This document shows, one piece after another, positions 12,300 to 24,759 of a DNA stretch of 64,000 nt. Within the stretch, counting starts at the first letter, position 1, and each line of letters opens with the position of its first letter. Source of the stretch: the human T2T-CHM13v2.0 reference genome, Homo sapiens. The stretch is from NCBI RefSeq assembly GCF_009914755.1, contig NC_060936.1; one strand, given 5' to 3'. The notes beneath the pieces are model-generated. The model did no database searches. It saw only the letters and a program-made list of their open reading frames with translations, and had not been told where the DNA came from. The translations under genes and the position numbers were made by a program.

Positions 12300-13700
12300 T
12301 GCCCTTGCTCTTGGTCTCCACTGTCACCACTCCAGTCTAAGCCAGCATCATGCTATCCTGACCTCCTACAGTGCCCTCCAACCTAGTCCTTTGATTCTTC
12401 TTTTGACCTCTTCCAATACCTTTCCATACACAGCTTGAAGCATGAGCATCTTAAATCATCAATCTGATGATGTCACTCCCCTTCTTAAAACCTTTTGTTG
12501 TTTCCCAGTATTTTAAGGATAAAATCCAAAATCCAAAGTCCCACATGTTCTGGATGCATCTACATTGTGAAAAGACCTTCTCCACCTTTCCTATTTACTT
12601 TCACTATGCTCAACCACACTGGCTGCATTTCAGATCCCCAGATAAGCCTCCTATTCTGCCCAGGACCACCCCACAGTCTGCTGCCTCTGTTCAGACAGCT
12701 CTGCACACCTCCTGCCTGGCCAGCTCCCTGTCATCTGGCCACTTCCTATGTGTCATCTTCCCCTATAATATGCTCCTTCCCCAGGCTACCTTAGGTGCCT
12801 ATCTTAGTCTTTCCAGCACCCTATGGTCCACCATACTTTTAGAGCATTTTTCACAGTTTGTAATTGTATATTTAGTTGTATAATTCTTTGCTTTACCTTT
12901 CCGCCAAAGGACTGTAAGTTCATGGGGGCAGGAATGGGTCTGTTTTGCCCATCACATATCTCCAACACCTAGCAAAGGCCTGGTACATATTTTGCACTCA
13001 AAAAATGCAAGCTGAGAAAATGAGTGCATGAGAACAGCTCAAGGCCATCCTCTCCCAGGAAGCCTTCCTCACTTATGCCCAGGCCACTGGGTTACTTCCC
13101 TTTTCAAATACTCAGTAACATTCTTGTTTGCAATAAGACAGAATAAGCACCACTTATTTTGTTCCAGATGATGTATTGCACTGTAAGCAAAAATGCTTCT
13201 GGTTTTTATTTTTAAAGTCTTCCTTATTTTTCCCCCTACAGTGCTCATTGAGGGCAGGATTTGGCCCCCAGCTCCTTCTGGAACCCAATTTCCTTCCATG
13301 TTCCCTATCACAACCCTACAGACACTGGCCTCCTTGCTGTTCTCAAATACTCTTGACACATCCTTGCTCAGAGACTTTGCTGTTCCCACATTTGGAATTC
13401 TCTGCCCTGAGATGTTTGAATGTCTGCCTTCCTGCTCATGCAGCTGCTGCCCAAAGGTCACCTCTTCAGATAGCCTTTGCCTCCACCTTCTCTCCCACTT
13501 ATCTCAATCCTGCTCAATTGTTCTTCCCAGCTGTTGTCACTATTTACCATTACACCACACATTAACACATGTTGTTTATCATCTGGATCCCTTGCCAGAA
13601 CACAGGCCCTGTGAGGATATGGGAACTTTTCTGTTTGATTCCCACCATGTGCCTGGCATGAAGTATTTCCCTTTAAATACTTATCAAATGACGGAATTTC
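12300..13700. mobile_element. L2 fragments (two 3' ends)
   Basis: ctgtaagttcatgggggcagga...cctagcaaaggcctggtacata; a second similar end near 13600-13700. Confidence 0.6.
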
Positions 13701-14813
13701 AACTCCAAGGAGAACCTAGAGGCCTAGTGTAGATAAAAATGAACATAGTAGATTTTAGCTGGTTTAAGAAACTAATCCAGCCTTCACTTGAGGATCGTAG
13801 CTCAGAGAAGGAAGGCAGGCATTCTTTAATCGATAGATTGCTTCAGATGCAAAGAGGCAAGTAAAGGAAAGAAGTTGGTTAAAAAATAAAATAAAGTAGA
13901 GAATAGTGGAGAAGAGAAACTAAAGTGGATGAAAGACAAAAATATGAAAATTGCAAGGATCAGAAATCCTTTCAGTAGCTATGTGACCACCAGAAAGTCA
14001 AAGTCCTGACTTGCTCCTCCTCCTGACAAAGGTGGCTCTGAATGAAGGGCAACCTCTCCATGCCGGCAAATCCGCTCAATGTTCATGCATTCGATGAAGT
14101 ATGCCACACAAGATAGTAATCAGAGGAAACTCCCAAAAATCAAAATAAAAAGAATTAAAACAGTGAAGAAAGAATTATGGATAATAATAAAAAAGAAATT
14201 AGATGATAATGGGGAAACATATAACAGTCTCACAATGAAAAGAATATTTCCTGTATTAAACATAACTGGTATTACATCATTACATCAAACGGGTTGACCT
14301 GTTCAGAGTTCCCAAAAAGAAAAGGGTATAAGATGTTGTCACATTGAAAACCACCCCAAATCTATAACTTGAGATTTGCATATATATATGAAAACATAAA
14401 CAAGTTGGGTGTGTTAAGGCCTTGTTGTAACAGAGCAGTAAGAACTGTAATAAATTGGGGTGGGTGGGAGGTTTGCTGCTGATTGTCTGACTCAGAAAAC
14501 AAGCCCTTAATCAGTTCTTGACCAGCCCTGTGTTTTGATTGCCCAACATAAGATTAGAATTATGTTGGCAGTTTAATATTCAATTGTTGAGGAGAAAATA
14601 GCTATGTCTATAATATCACATCCGGTCTCAGAATCTGCAACCCTCTGAAACAGTCTGGCTTCTACCATTAGCCATTACTTTGACCTTAGCTGATCAAACT
14701 TCTTGTATCTCAAAAATTAACTTCTATCAGAAATGAGTTCTTAAAATTCTTATTGACTTCCTTGATAAACTAATAATTCAGACTACACGAGTCTGACAAT
14801 AAAATTGAGAAAA

Positions 14814-14957
14814 GTCCAGGCACAGTGGCTCATGCCTATAATGCCAGCACTTTGGAAGGCAGAGGAAGGAGGATTGCCAGAGGTCAGGAGTTTGAGACCA
14901 GCCTGGTCAACACAGCAAGACTCTGTCTCTACAAAAAAAAGAAAAAAATAGAAATAA
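14814..14957 (+). mobile_element. FLAM/AluJ left monomer
   Basis: Single monomer ending in an A-rich tail. Confidence 0.8.
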
Positions 14958-15309
<352 letters not shown>

Positions 15310-16180
15310 TTAAAAACACGTTTTAAATGGAGGAAAAAAATGTGTTAATTATGGGATTGATATTTACATTGCAAATCAAGATTTAGGGAAAAAAGAAGTA
15401 TATATATAAAACTCATAACTGAAGAAAATCTAAAGTATGAGGGAAAAATGGAGTAAGCAGTATATTAAATATGATTGTCACTTGTGTATTTAACTTTTCA
15501 TCTTTTTCTTTGAATAAACTAACCATTCATTAGTAATAAGTGATAGCACACATTATTTATTTGTTCTTTTCCAAAAATATTCAGAGTAAACTATAAAACC
15601 CTTATATACAATGATAAATTCAAAACACATAATTTTACTTCTGGTCCAATTTGAAAAGCCATGCAATTAGATGCAAAGTCTCTTTCATTGGTCCCTGGAG
15701 CTCCAGAAGTTTTATCAGTGAGTCAGCATCTCTCCTCCTGTTTCTCCCTTGATAAAATGAAACTTACTGGGTGAAAGAAACAGAAAAGAAGGCAGGAGAT
15801 CAAAGGATCAATTTCTTCTTCACTGATATTTTTAGAAGAGCTATGAAATTTTGTTTACAGATGAACTTCATAATTCTCACCATGATTTGAAGGTGGAAAG
15901 CAAAACAGTGAAAGAAATACACAAGTGTTAGAGCCTTAAAAATGACATTGACAATTACGTTATCATTTTATTAATTATATTCTCTGAAGCAGAATTCAGC
16001 ATTTCCACCCACGTTTTCGTCACTGTGAATTCTTGAAAGAGAGTGTAGCATTAGAGTATTTGAAAGACATTTATCACTTTATCATGATATGCATAAGCTT
16101 AGGTGAGAAAAATTCAAATGATTCTATGATTGTCTGATGGTTCATTTTATAATCAATGGTTTTAGGATTCTATTCTGCAC

Positions 16181-16590
16181 TGTATTAATCTGCTTAGGCT
16201 GCCATAACAAAACATCATAGAGTGGGTGGCTTAAACAACAGAAATATATTTCTCACAGATCTGGAAGCTGGGAAGTCCAAGATCAAGATGCTAGCAGGTG
16301 AAGTTTCATTCTGAGGCCTCCTCTCTTGGCTCATAGACAGCTACCATCTTGCCATGTGCTCACATGATCCCTTCTTTGTGTGTACAAGGGAGTGAGAGAA
16401 AGAGAGAGAGAGAGAGCAAGCTCTCTGGTGTTTCCTCTTTTAAGGTCACTAATCCCATCAGACCAAGGTCCAACTTTCATGACCTCATTTAACCCTAATT
16501 AACTCCCCAAAGTTTCATCTCCAAATACTATCACATTGGGCATTAAGGCCCATTTGAATTTCAAGGGACACAAATGTTGAGTCCACAACA
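16181..16590 (-). mobile_element. MLT1A-like MaLR solo LTR
   Basis: TG...CA termini with a perfect 5-bp TSD TGCAC (16176-16180 / 16591-16595). Confidence 0.88.
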
Positions 16591-19385
16591 TGCACGATAA
16601 GGCACATATGTCACTTAGTCCTTAAGTCACTAAATAATATATATTTTAAGAATAAAAAATCTAATGTCCTAATAATTCAGGTAATCAAAAATATGAGTAT
16701 ATTTTATACATATAAATGTTTATTTTGTATATAAATAATATATATAATACATATACATATATACTATATATATTTATATGTATATTTTATATATGTAAAA
16801 TATTAAGTTCAGTTCCTTTATATAAATTAATAAGCATCAGTTAAATGATGAGTCCTTTATATTCATTTTTCAGATGTCATACTTGTGAACCACAGAAATG
16901 AAATCTTGCTCCAGAACACACAGCTGGTTGGTGGCAAGGCCCCGCCAGCTGATTACCAGTCCAGTGCCCTTTCCAGCAAACCACACCAACCTTAACTGGT
17001 ATGAATGCATCTCTACATATCAGTCAATAAGGCATATAATAACCTTGGGTCATATTAGAGTTTGAGGGATAAGTCCTAGGTTCTACATCACTGACCTCTA
17101 GGAGCCAACACAGATATCAGAGACCTGAGCCCTATCTCAAGACACTACAGACAGTGATGTGTTACACTGGCAGACATCCCCAATGCAATGGAAGAGGGCT
17201 TCAAGCAGGCTCTTTAAAACCTTTTCCAGACTCATAGATGCTGCTGGAAGGTTCAGGAACTAATTCACTTTGAGCAGAATAGGAAACATATAGTGATCCA
17301 AGTTCCTAAGAACCCAGTAGCCATTTTTAATGGAGACAGACACCAGAGTTTCAATGGGGGCTACCACCAGGAGGAGCTCCTGAGAGCCTCTGCCACACAA
17401 GCTGATGGTAGGAGCCCAGGTGACAAAAGAGACTGAGGGCACCTCCCAAGGACTACTGCAGAGGGTACTGTCAGACCCCATGCTGAGGGAGAGGGGCAGT
17501 GGCTGTGCCTGGCCAGGCTAGTGACCAGAGATTATGTGTGTTGGTTCTTTTCTTTCAGAGCATTTATCTCAATTGCAATCAGTTAATTACATTATTATAT
17601 GGTTAAAGTCTGTCTTCTGAGCTGGATCATAACCCCCACAGTCCACAACGGTTTCTATTATCTTTACTTTTCCCCCCCAACACCTTGAATAGTATCCAGC
17701 CCACAGTAACTGCTCAATAAGAAGCTGTTTAGTTGAGAAAAGGAATGTCAACTACCTTTTCTAACACCTTTGGGATGAAGAATGCACAAGGAATGAAGGT
17801 TAGAAAGAGGAAATAGAGATTGCTAGTCTTCCATTTCATTCTTCCTTGAGCAATGTGTCTCAAAATACAATGAAGTTGAAAGCTCTAAAATGGGCGGAAA
17901 TTTAAGTAATAACAACAACAACAATAATACAAAGCTCTAATTTGCATCTTTAATGCATTTTATTCTTCCCAAGTAATAACATATACTCATTTTCATTTGG
18001 TTTTCATGATGTAACAGTTCCTATTTATGATAAGGAAACTGTAAGAGAGATTATAACTCCTCCAGTATCAACAAGCTATGAAAATATGAAACCAGGATTC
18101 GAATTCAGGTCTCACAGTTCCACACCCACTATTTTTTCACTTCAACTACATTAAAACAATAAAAAATATTAGTAAATGCAAATGTCTGAAATAAATGAGG
18201 AAAATCACCATTTTAAAATTAGCAAGCTGCTTCTGTCTTCTAGACTAGAGATTTGGATTTATCTTTGTGGCAGACAGTCCCGTTGTTCTGGGAAAAGGAA
18301 AAAGAAAACATATGCTTGAGAGGGGCTCTGCGGTTATGCAAGTAGAAAGCAAACATCTGCTCGCCTTTTTTGGAAAAGACTCGAATGCAGTGAAACATCC
18401 CTAATGTTCATGCGTCCTTCATTCACTCCGTATTTACTGAGTACCATGTGTGCAAGTCACTTCAGAATGAGACACTGGATGCCATATAATAAAGTCAACT
18501 AGGAAGGTCTTTGATAAACCTTTATTCTTGTGAATTATGTTTCAGAAAGAGAAATGTTTTGTTCCCAGTGAACATTTTGTCTGTTCTATTTAACCTACAA
18601 CCTATGTGGACCCCCTTGCAAAGTGGGTGTATCAATGTTTGAGCTCTTTGTAGAAGCTGAGGAGTTGGGAGGAAGAGACTTCCTCAAGGAAGTACAGACT
18701 TGCACATCCTGAAGGAAAGACCAACACTCTCTCAGGATCTGGTGCCACGCAACCCAAGCTAGTGTAAAGAATCCCACTGAAAACTTTGTTTGAGAGGAAG
18801 AGCCAGATGCCAGGAAGCGTTAATGTCTGACTTGAGTGTTTTGATGATTTGAGGGAGCTGGAGGTTAAACCTACACCCCTGCAAATAAAGGTAGAGTTTT
18901 TCCTAAAGAATGTTTATACTTCCAGTCTGTCACTGCACACAGGCAATTCTAGTACAGAGAATGCAATTGTGGCAGTGGGCGTTAGAGTATGGAGAAGTCT
19001 ATTTCCCATCTCTAGGGCCTGGGGAAATTTTACAAGGTTTCCTCATAAGGCTTGGTTCCTTCTTATAAGTAGGGTGATTGGGGAGGACCAGACTTTGCCT
19101 AGGTTGAGGACCACTGGGAGCCAATTGATTTTCACAGCTCTAAGAAAAGCCACAGTTAGAACAGGGTTGATTTCAATTCTACAGTGGGCATACCTCAGAG
19201 ATACTGTGGGTTCAGTTCCAAATCACCACAATAAAGCAAATATCACAATAAAGTGAGTCACACAAATTTTTTGGTTTCCCAGTGCATATAGAAGTTATGT
19301 TTACACTATACTATAGTCTATTAAGTATGCAATAATATTATGTCTAAAAAACAATGTACATATCTTAATTTAAAAATACTTTACA

Positions 19386-19680
19386 GGCTAGCGTTGGTGG
19401 CTCATGCCTATAATCCTAGCACTTTGAGAGGCAGTCGTGGGAGAATCACTTGAAGCCAGGAGTTCAAGACCAGACTGGGCAACATAGCAAGACCCAGTCT
19501 CTACCAAAAAAATTTAAACATTAGCTGGGCATGATGGCATGCGCCTCTAGTCCTAGATAGTCAGGAGAATGAGGCAAGGGGATCTCTTGAGCCCAGGAGT
19601 TCGAAATTACAGTGAACTCTGATCATTCCACTGTACTCTAGTCCAGGTGACAGAGTGAGACCATGTCTCGAAAACATAAA
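19386..19680 (+). mobile_element. AluJ inside Tigger1
   Basis: Diverged dimer; degenerate TSD aaaaatacttta / aaagatatttta. Confidence 0.9.
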
Positions 19681-19719
19681 AGATATTTTATTGCTAAATA
19701 TCGAAAATGATTATCTGAG

Positions 19720-21453
19720 CCTTTGGCAAGTTGTAATAGTTTTTGCTGCTGGAGGGTCTTGCCTAGATGTTGATGGCTACTAGCTGATCAGGATGGTGGT
19801 TGTGGAAGGTTGGGGTGGTTATGGCAATTTGTTGAAATAAGACAACAATGTGCTTTGCTGTATTGATTGACTCTTCCTTTCATAAAAGATTTCTCTGTGG
19901 CATGCAACACTGCTTGATAGCATATTACCCACGGTAGAACTTCTTTCAAAATTGGAGCCAATCCTCTCAAATCCTGCCACTGCTCTATCAACTAAGTTTA
20001 TGTAATATTCTAAATCCTTTGCCGTCATTTCAACAGTGTTCACAGCATCTTCACCAAGAGTAGATTTCATCTCAAGAAATCACCTTCTCTGTTCATCTCT
20101 AAGAAGCAACTCCTCACATACTCAAATTTTATCAGGAGGTTGCAGCAATTCACTTGCAGCTTCAGGCTCCACTTCTGCTTCTTTTGCTATTTCCACCACA
20201 TGTGCAGTTACTTTCTCCACTAAAGTCTTGAATCCCTTAAAGTCATCCACGAGGGTTGGAATTAACTTCTTCCAAACTCCTATTAATGTTTATATTTTAA
20301 ACTCCTCTCATGAATCATGAAAGTTCTTAATGGCAGCCAGAATTGTGAATTTTTTCCGGGTGATTCTCAGTTCACTTTTCCCAGATCTATTCATGGAATC
20401 ACTATCTATGGCAGCTATAGGCTTTTAAAATTTATTTCTTAAATAATACAACCTGAAAGTTGAAATTACTCCTTGATCCATGGGCTGCAGAATAAAGCCT
20501 AACACAGAAGGCATGAGCTCTTGGGTGACTAGGTGCATTGTCAATGAGAAGTGACATTTTGAAAGAAATATTTTTTTCTGAGCTGTAGGTCTCCACAGTT
20601 GGCTTAAAATATTCAGTAAACCATGCTGTAAACAGATGTGCTGTTATCCAGGCTTTGTTGTTCCATTGACAGAGCACAGGCAGAGTAGATTTAACTGATG
20701 TTAAATTCTTAAGGACTTTAAGATTTTGGGAAGGATATATAAGCATGGGTTTCCACTTAAAGTCACAGCCACATTAGCCCCCCTAACAAGAGAGTCAATC
20801 TGTCCTTTAAAGCTTTGAAACCAGGACTTGACTTCTCCTCTCTGGCTATGAAACTCCTAGATGGCATATTCTTCCAATATAAGGCTATTTCATCTGCATT
20901 TAAAATCCATTGTTTAGTGTAGCCACCTTCAACATTGAACTTAGCTACATCTTTTGCATAACTTGCTGCAACCTCTCCATCAGTACATGCAGCTTCACCT
21001 TGCACATTTGTGTTATAGAGACAGCTTCTTTCCTTAAATTTCATGAACCGACTTCTGCTTCCTTCAAACATTTCTTCTGTAGCTTCTTCACCTCTCTTAG
21101 CCTTCACAGAATTGAAGAGATTTAGGATTTTGCTCTGGTTTAGGCTTTAGCTTAAGAGAATGTTGTGGCTGGTTTGGTCTTCTATCCAGGCTACTGAAAC
21201 TTTCTTCATAGCAGCAATAAGATAGTTTTACTTTCTTGTCACTAATGTGTTCATTGATGTCACACTTTTAATTTCCTTCAAGAACTTTTCCTTTGCATTC
21301 ACCACTTGGCTAACTGTTTGGTGCAAGAGGACTGGCTTTCAGACCATCTCGGCTTTGGACATGCCTTTCTCACTAAGCTTAATCATTTCTAGCTTTTGAT
21401 TTAAAGTGAGAAAACATGTGACTCTTCCTTTCACTTGAACACTTACGGGACAT
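19720..21453 (-). pseudogene. Disrupted Tigger1 (pogo-family, CENP-B-like DDE) transposase
   Basis: ORF pieces [64 protein letters not shown] across several frames with stops and frameshifts; 3' limit approximate. Confidence 0.85.
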
Positions 21454-22929
21454 TGTAGGGTGATTAATTGTCCTGCTTTCAATATTGTTGTGTCCCAGAG
21501 AATAGGGAGGCTCAAGAAGAGGGAGAAAAACAGGGAACACCTGGTTGGTGGAGCAGTTAGAACACACACAACATTTATCGATTAAGATCTCTGTCTTACA
21601 GGGGCACAGATCTCGGCGCCCCAAAACAATTACAATAGTGACATCAAAGATCACTGATCACAGATCACCACAACACATATAATAATAATGAAAAGGTTTG
21701 AAACATTATGAGAATTATCAAAATGTGGCACAGAGATACAAAGTGAGCATATGCTGTTGGAAAAACAGAGCCAATAGACCAGGTGGATATAAGGGGTTAC
21801 CACAAACCTTCAATTAGTAAAAACCACAATATCTGCAAAACACAGGAAAGCGAAGCGCAATAAAACAAAGTATGCCTATACTTACGTGGTTGGCCTCAGT
21901 TGTATTACGGGGAATTATGGAAGGGCCTGTGCTACATACAGTTCAGACAAGCTGGAAAACAGGAGGGCAGAGGTCTATTTTCTGAGATCAAGCAGAGGGT
22001 ATGAGAGTGGTCTCTGGAAGGTGGCAGGGATGATCACAGCAGCCCAGCCCCGAAGGTCATGACAGCGCAGAGGAAGACAGAGACCTGGGGAGTGGAGGAG
22101 GGAGGAACAGTGAAACCTGACACTGAGAGCTCTCAGAATACTGAGAGAGCAGTTGAGGTAGGGGGTTCCAGTTTTTAGCATTTGGGCAAGAAAAGGAGGG
22201 GAGTACACAATTTCGTAATTTAGGCAATTACAAAATAAATAAATAAATGTCTCTATTCTGTAGTCATGCTGATGAGGCCTGAGACATATGGGTCAAAGCC
22301 CTCTGTCTCTAACTGCCCCATCCCTCAGATTGCCAAGAGCAATAGGCTTCTGGAAAAAGATTCAAATGACCTTAAGATAGGGTCAACAAAAGTTGTTACA
22401 GATGATTAAATGTATGTCTGAAACACTGATTTATGCCATTGGAGTAATTAACTTACCCTCAGGTATCCCCCCTTCTTAACCATGAAGAGTTCTCAATGGC
22501 CCCAGGACCCTGACTTAGGCTATGACTTAAGGGATCCCTGGGTGTTTCCAGAAGCTAGGCCCAGCCCAGCCCAGAGTGTCCCACCCAGACCTGCCTCTTG
22601 CCTGCTGGAGAAAGAAGGGTTGTTTGACATATCCCTGAACAGAGATCAGCCACCTGAAAGAATTAAAAAGACTTAAGAATCCATCACGTGTAAAAAGATC
22701 GTCGCACCATCTTCCTACACCTAATCACAATTGAGTGCACATTTTCAGATTAAATGGACAAACGCTTGACTTCTATTTCATATATATCCATATACAAAAA
22801 AAATCAGAAAGTGGTATAGAAATTGTATTTACTGAACATTAAGCACAACCCATTTATTTCTATTTAAATAGCACCAAAACCTCAGTAACATTTAACAGGT
22901 TAACAATATAGACTTGAGTCATATTGAGT

Positions 22930-23160
22930 CTGACATTGAGTCAGACCTAGATTTATATCATGCTCTGCCACAGATACTCTGGTATCTTTAAGCTAATTAC
23001 ATATCCCCAAGCCTCAGCTGTCCCCAACTGCAAGATGGCCATGATGACAGATGAGAACAGATAACTCAGAGTGTGGCTATGAGAACTAAATGAATTAACG
23101 CCTGTAAAACATTTAGAAAAATGCCTAGCATGTGGTAAGTGCTCATTAAACATAGCTATA
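22930..23160 (+). mobile_element. MIR
   Basis: gcctcagctgtccccaactgcaagatgg...cctagcatgtggtaagtgctcattaaa. Confidence 0.7.
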
Positions 23161-24759
23161 TTTAAATATTTCTAAAATATTGCCAAATCCAGATGCTAAT
23201 GACTAGGGCATCCTAAAAGACAGATTTAGAAAGGAAATTGCTGTCTATATTCTGAACAGTACAGTAACTGTGTTTTGACTTTGTCATTTGCCACTTCCAT
23301 CCAGTGCTTTTCTGGTAGCATGCTGGAAAATGAACCACAGCACACTAACACCCACACCCCAGCAGCTCTCTAAATCAGTTGTTCTTAAATGAGTCAGCAC
23401 ACACCCAAGCATCTTGGTCACTAGTCGGATGTACACAGGCTGCAGGTTCCCAAACAGACTTCAGCTGCTGCTCTGAGTAAACATTTTCTGGCAGCACACC
23501 AAGGGGGCGGGTGGGGACACAGGTAGGCATCTTCTCGGGTCTAGGTTCAGATTTCATATTGAACTCAAAATGAGCTGATGAGTTCAAGGTCCCTGTTTCT
23601 GCTAAAAATAAGCCTACACAGCAAGGGTGTTGCACTAAACAGTTTGCCCAAGCTGCCTGGAGGAAGCATCTTCTGCCCACATTGCGCCTTGGTGTAACCA
23701 ACATTCAGAGTCCCACAGTTTCATGACCACCAACTTCACACAATTAGCTGAGCTCTATGTAAAACTGTTTCTATCTGTTCCTACCTAGATTTTTCTCCTT
23801 GAGACATAACTCTTCTTTTTAAATTGTGAATGAAGATATCTGACGTGAGTGCTGGGAAAGTCATGGCAAAAGGCCTGGGTGGAAAATCAAAATGTCATCA
23901 TTATATTCTTTGGGTTCATAACATCCGAGGAAATAGGTACCTTATACCTTGATCTTCTTAGAAGTGAAATAAAAATAGCCCATCTACCTCACAGGGATCA
24001 CAATTTCATGGTCCTTTGTAAAACTTAAAAAAAAGGTGTTAAGTATAAAATCTCAATTAATGGAATACTCAGGCAAGAAAATACCCTGGTTTATGCATTT
24101 AAGTCTTTTTCTAGCCTTTTGTCAAAAGCTTTTCTAAAAATACAGTCACCCATTAACTAAGTACATTATGATGACAGTTTTTAGCTTTGAGGATTTGGAA
24201 GCTTGAAATCAATCAAGCACATTAAATAGTACATGTCTTTTGATTTGTGGTCAATTACTATTTCAAAATGCAATTCTTAACCTCTGGTCAGTTGCTTTCC
24301 AGTTAGGGTTTATATTTTAGCTAAGAAAGTTGTTGTTTCCCAGGAATGAAATTGAGCTCAATCTAGTTTTCCATGCACAAATTATAGTAACAGGAACACC
24401 GCCATCCCTAGTTTCTAAGGAAGAGAACCAGGCATCTTAAAAAGTAAGGTCCTAGGCAGGACTATAAAGCAAACAATGATGAAATTAGCTTTAGAATATG
24501 TTTGGAAAATTTGGCTTACACTAATAAGGTACTATTTGAAAGAGATAAATGTTAAAGGCCTGCATTAAAGGTTTTAAAAATAATCAATTATGTACATTTC
24601 AGATAGAAAGACCCTGGCTTGCCAAGGTTTAAAAAAAAGTCAGAAGATCTTAGATGACCACAAGCTGAAACTGAGCCACCAGCATATATAATATGATTGC
24701 TAAAAGCAGCACTTTCCTAGCAGTTCCACTGTAGTGCAACAGACTACCACATCTTAAAG

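Larger units (their letters stand above)
19185..21878 (-). mobile_element. Tigger1 DNA transposon, near full length, with an Alu inserted
   Basis: Termini (T)GGGCATACCTC... and ...AAGTATGCCTA+TA; decayed transposase frames; ~2.4 kb after removing the Alu. Confidence 0.93.

Noticed and set aside
13193-13732. Longest ORF in the track (179 aa, +) and overlapping 129-130 aa ORFs
   Set aside because: Lies in decayed L2 sequence, has no recognisable domain and overlaps ORFs in other frames; consistent with chance
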